Assembly (NCBI GenBank): GCA_035540715.1
Contig: DATLGA010000059.1
Span: forward strand, 458 to 64,457
Direction: 5' to 3'
Length of the DNA: 64,000 nucleotides
Source of the DNA: Candidatus Limnocylindrales bacterium
GTDB taxonomy: Bacteria; Chloroflexota; Limnocylindria; QHBO01
This document shows, piece by piece, positions 63,020 through 64,000 of the stretch. The first letter of the stretch is position 1; each line of letters opens with the position of its first letter. The position numbers and the translations under genes are program-made. Below the pieces are notes generated by a model. That model was not told the origin of the DNA. It made no database searches and saw only the letters and a program-made list of their open reading frames with translations.

Positions 63020-64000
63020 CTAGTCGCTGGTGACGATCACGTCGCCCACCATGTTCGGATGGGCGTCGCAGACGAAGGTGTGCTCGCCGGCGGGGAGCGC
63101 CGGCACGAGGTAGGTGATGTTGCCCGCCTGGTTCAGGAACTCGCCGATGAACAGGTCCTCGCCGGCAGCGGTATAGATGGACACGTTGTGCGGCAGGTTC
63201 TCGCGGTTCTCGAACTCGATGCAGAACTCGGTCTCGGCCGGCACCTCGAACTCGTCGATGTCGAAGGACAGGTTGTCGGCGCTGATCTCGATCGTCTCGG
63301 CGCACTCGCCGGTAACGGGCTCGGGCGGCTCCTCCCCCTCGGCGATGGCGGCCAGGTGGGCGTCGTACTCCGCGCGTTCGAGTGCCCTGACCGTGAAGGT
63401 CATGTCGGCGTGGGCCGTTCCGCAGAACTCGGCGCACTGGCCCGCGTACGTCCCGGCCTCGGTCACCGTGAACCGCAGCTCGTTGTCCTCGCGGTGCTCG
63501 CCGAAGTCGATGAGGTCGCGCTTGATGAGGAAGTCGGGGACGTAGAAGGCGTGATTGACGTCGAGTGCCGTGAGCGTCAGCACCACGGGTTCACCCACCG
63601 GCACGACCATCTCGGGCGGCTCGGCCGCCGTCCCGGTGATGGCGACGCCCTCATCCTCGTAGATGAACCGCCAGCTCCACTGGAAGCCCTCGACCTGGAT
63701 CGACACGCCCTCGTCGCCCTCGACGCGCGCTTCCACCTCCGCCAGGCTCAGCATGCTGAAGACGAACAGGACCAGCACGATGACGCTCGGGATCGCGGTC
63801 CAGATGACCTCGATCAGGTTGTTGCCATGATGCTGCTCCGGAAGGACGTCGTCGCCCGGCTTTCGCCGATACCGGAAGATCGCGTACAGGATGAAGCCCT
63901 CCACGCCGACGAACACCACGGCGGCGAGCCCGAGGAGCAGCAGGTACAGGTTGAAGACGCTGCGCCCCGCCTCGGTGCGCGGCTCCGGCGGCAGGAGACA
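63020..64000 (-). CDS. ctaC: Cytochrome c oxidase subunit II with fused C-terminal cupredoxin domain; 5' end beyond the window
   Basis: The frame stays open to position 64000 (upstream codons read ...SVFNLYLLLLGLAAVVFVGVEG..., TM1). CuA site: LDVNHAF ... CAEFCGTAHADM. An extra ~95-aa C-terminal domain has ligands H (NLPHNV) and C-x2-H-x2-M (FVCDAHPNM). Confidence 0.9.
   Translation of the reverse strand, partial: CLLPPEPRTEAGRSVFNLYLLLLGLAAVVFVGVEGFILYAIFRYRRKPGDDVLPEQHHGNNLIEVIWTAIPSVIVLVLFVFSMLSLAEVEARVEGDEGVSIQVEGFQWSWRFIYEDEGVAITGTAAEPPEMVVPVGEPVVLTLTALDVNHAFYVPDFLIKRDLIDFGEHREDNELRFTVTEAGTYAGQCAEFCGTAHADMTFTVRALERAEYDAHLAAIAEGEEPPEPVTGECAETIEISADNLSFDIDEFEVPAETEFCIEFENRENLPHNVSIYTAAGEDLFIGEFLNQAGNITYLVPALPAGEHTFVCDAHPNMVGDVIVTSD

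Overview
Very GC-rich window (about 70% by eye) that is almost entirely coding on both strands. It looks like ordinary chromosomal core from an Actinomycetota-like organism, possibly Thermoleophilia/Rubrobacteria-like, with Chloroflexota not excluded. That placement is inferred only from gene content: MMPL transporter, LLM/F420-type oxidoreductase, Corynebacterium-type glycogen synthase, phosphoketolase and leaderless-looking promoters.

I can support about 64 protein-coding genes and one tRNA-Gly(UCC). I found no rRNA, CRISPR array, transposase, integrase, phage genes or recognisable defence system.

Gene content in window order:
- xfp-ackA (phosphoketolase and acetate kinase)
- CBS-domain protein
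- Tat-lipoprotein amidohydrolase, DUF4260 and glycogen synthase
- orphan receiver protein divergent from copA plus a YHS-domain gene
- GH1-like hydrolase and a Zn-dependent dehydrogenase
- sugar-uptake locus (solute-binding protein, two permeases, GH2, GH43) divergent from an unusually long ArsR-type regulator
- four-gene ABC-2 exporter
- membrane GAF-GAF-GGDEF cyclase
- esterase, YpfJ-like Zn peptidase and GH15 hydrolase
- ArsA/Get3-like ATPase module
- two alpha/beta hydrolases
- tRNA-Gly
- malic enzyme, CoA-transferase and LLM oxidoreductase
- SprT-like pair
- MMPL and TetR
- MFS transporter and glycerophosphodiesterase
- ACT, DUF1028, DUF853 ATPase and S9 peptidase
- trxB
- compact methyltransferase / FAD-reductase / SRPBCC / ketosynthase cassette
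- second orphan receiver
- ispG
- ABC exporter with a lipoprotein
- aa3-type cytochrome oxidase operon that runs off the right edge

Many long entries in the ORF track are antisense 'shadow' ORFs or 5' over-extensions typical of high-GC DNA. I trimmed or rejected them. Fourteen same-strand gene pairs overlap by ATGA or GTGA.

Nothing here is clearly a new system. The most interesting candidates are:
1. A cytochrome oxidase subunit II carrying a C-terminal blue-copper (amicyanin-like) domain where caa3 oxidases carry cytochrome c.
2. The four-gene ketosynthase cassette, which has no ACP, acyltransferase or reductase partner.
3. An ArsA/Get3-HSP20 ATPase preceded by a 28-aa single-helix peptide and followed by a coupled helical protein.
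4. The 325-aa ArsR regulator with an unassigned C-terminal domain.
5. A CsoR-like palindrome overlapping a leaderless-type copA promoter.

All family calls come from reading motifs in the translations. No database search was run.
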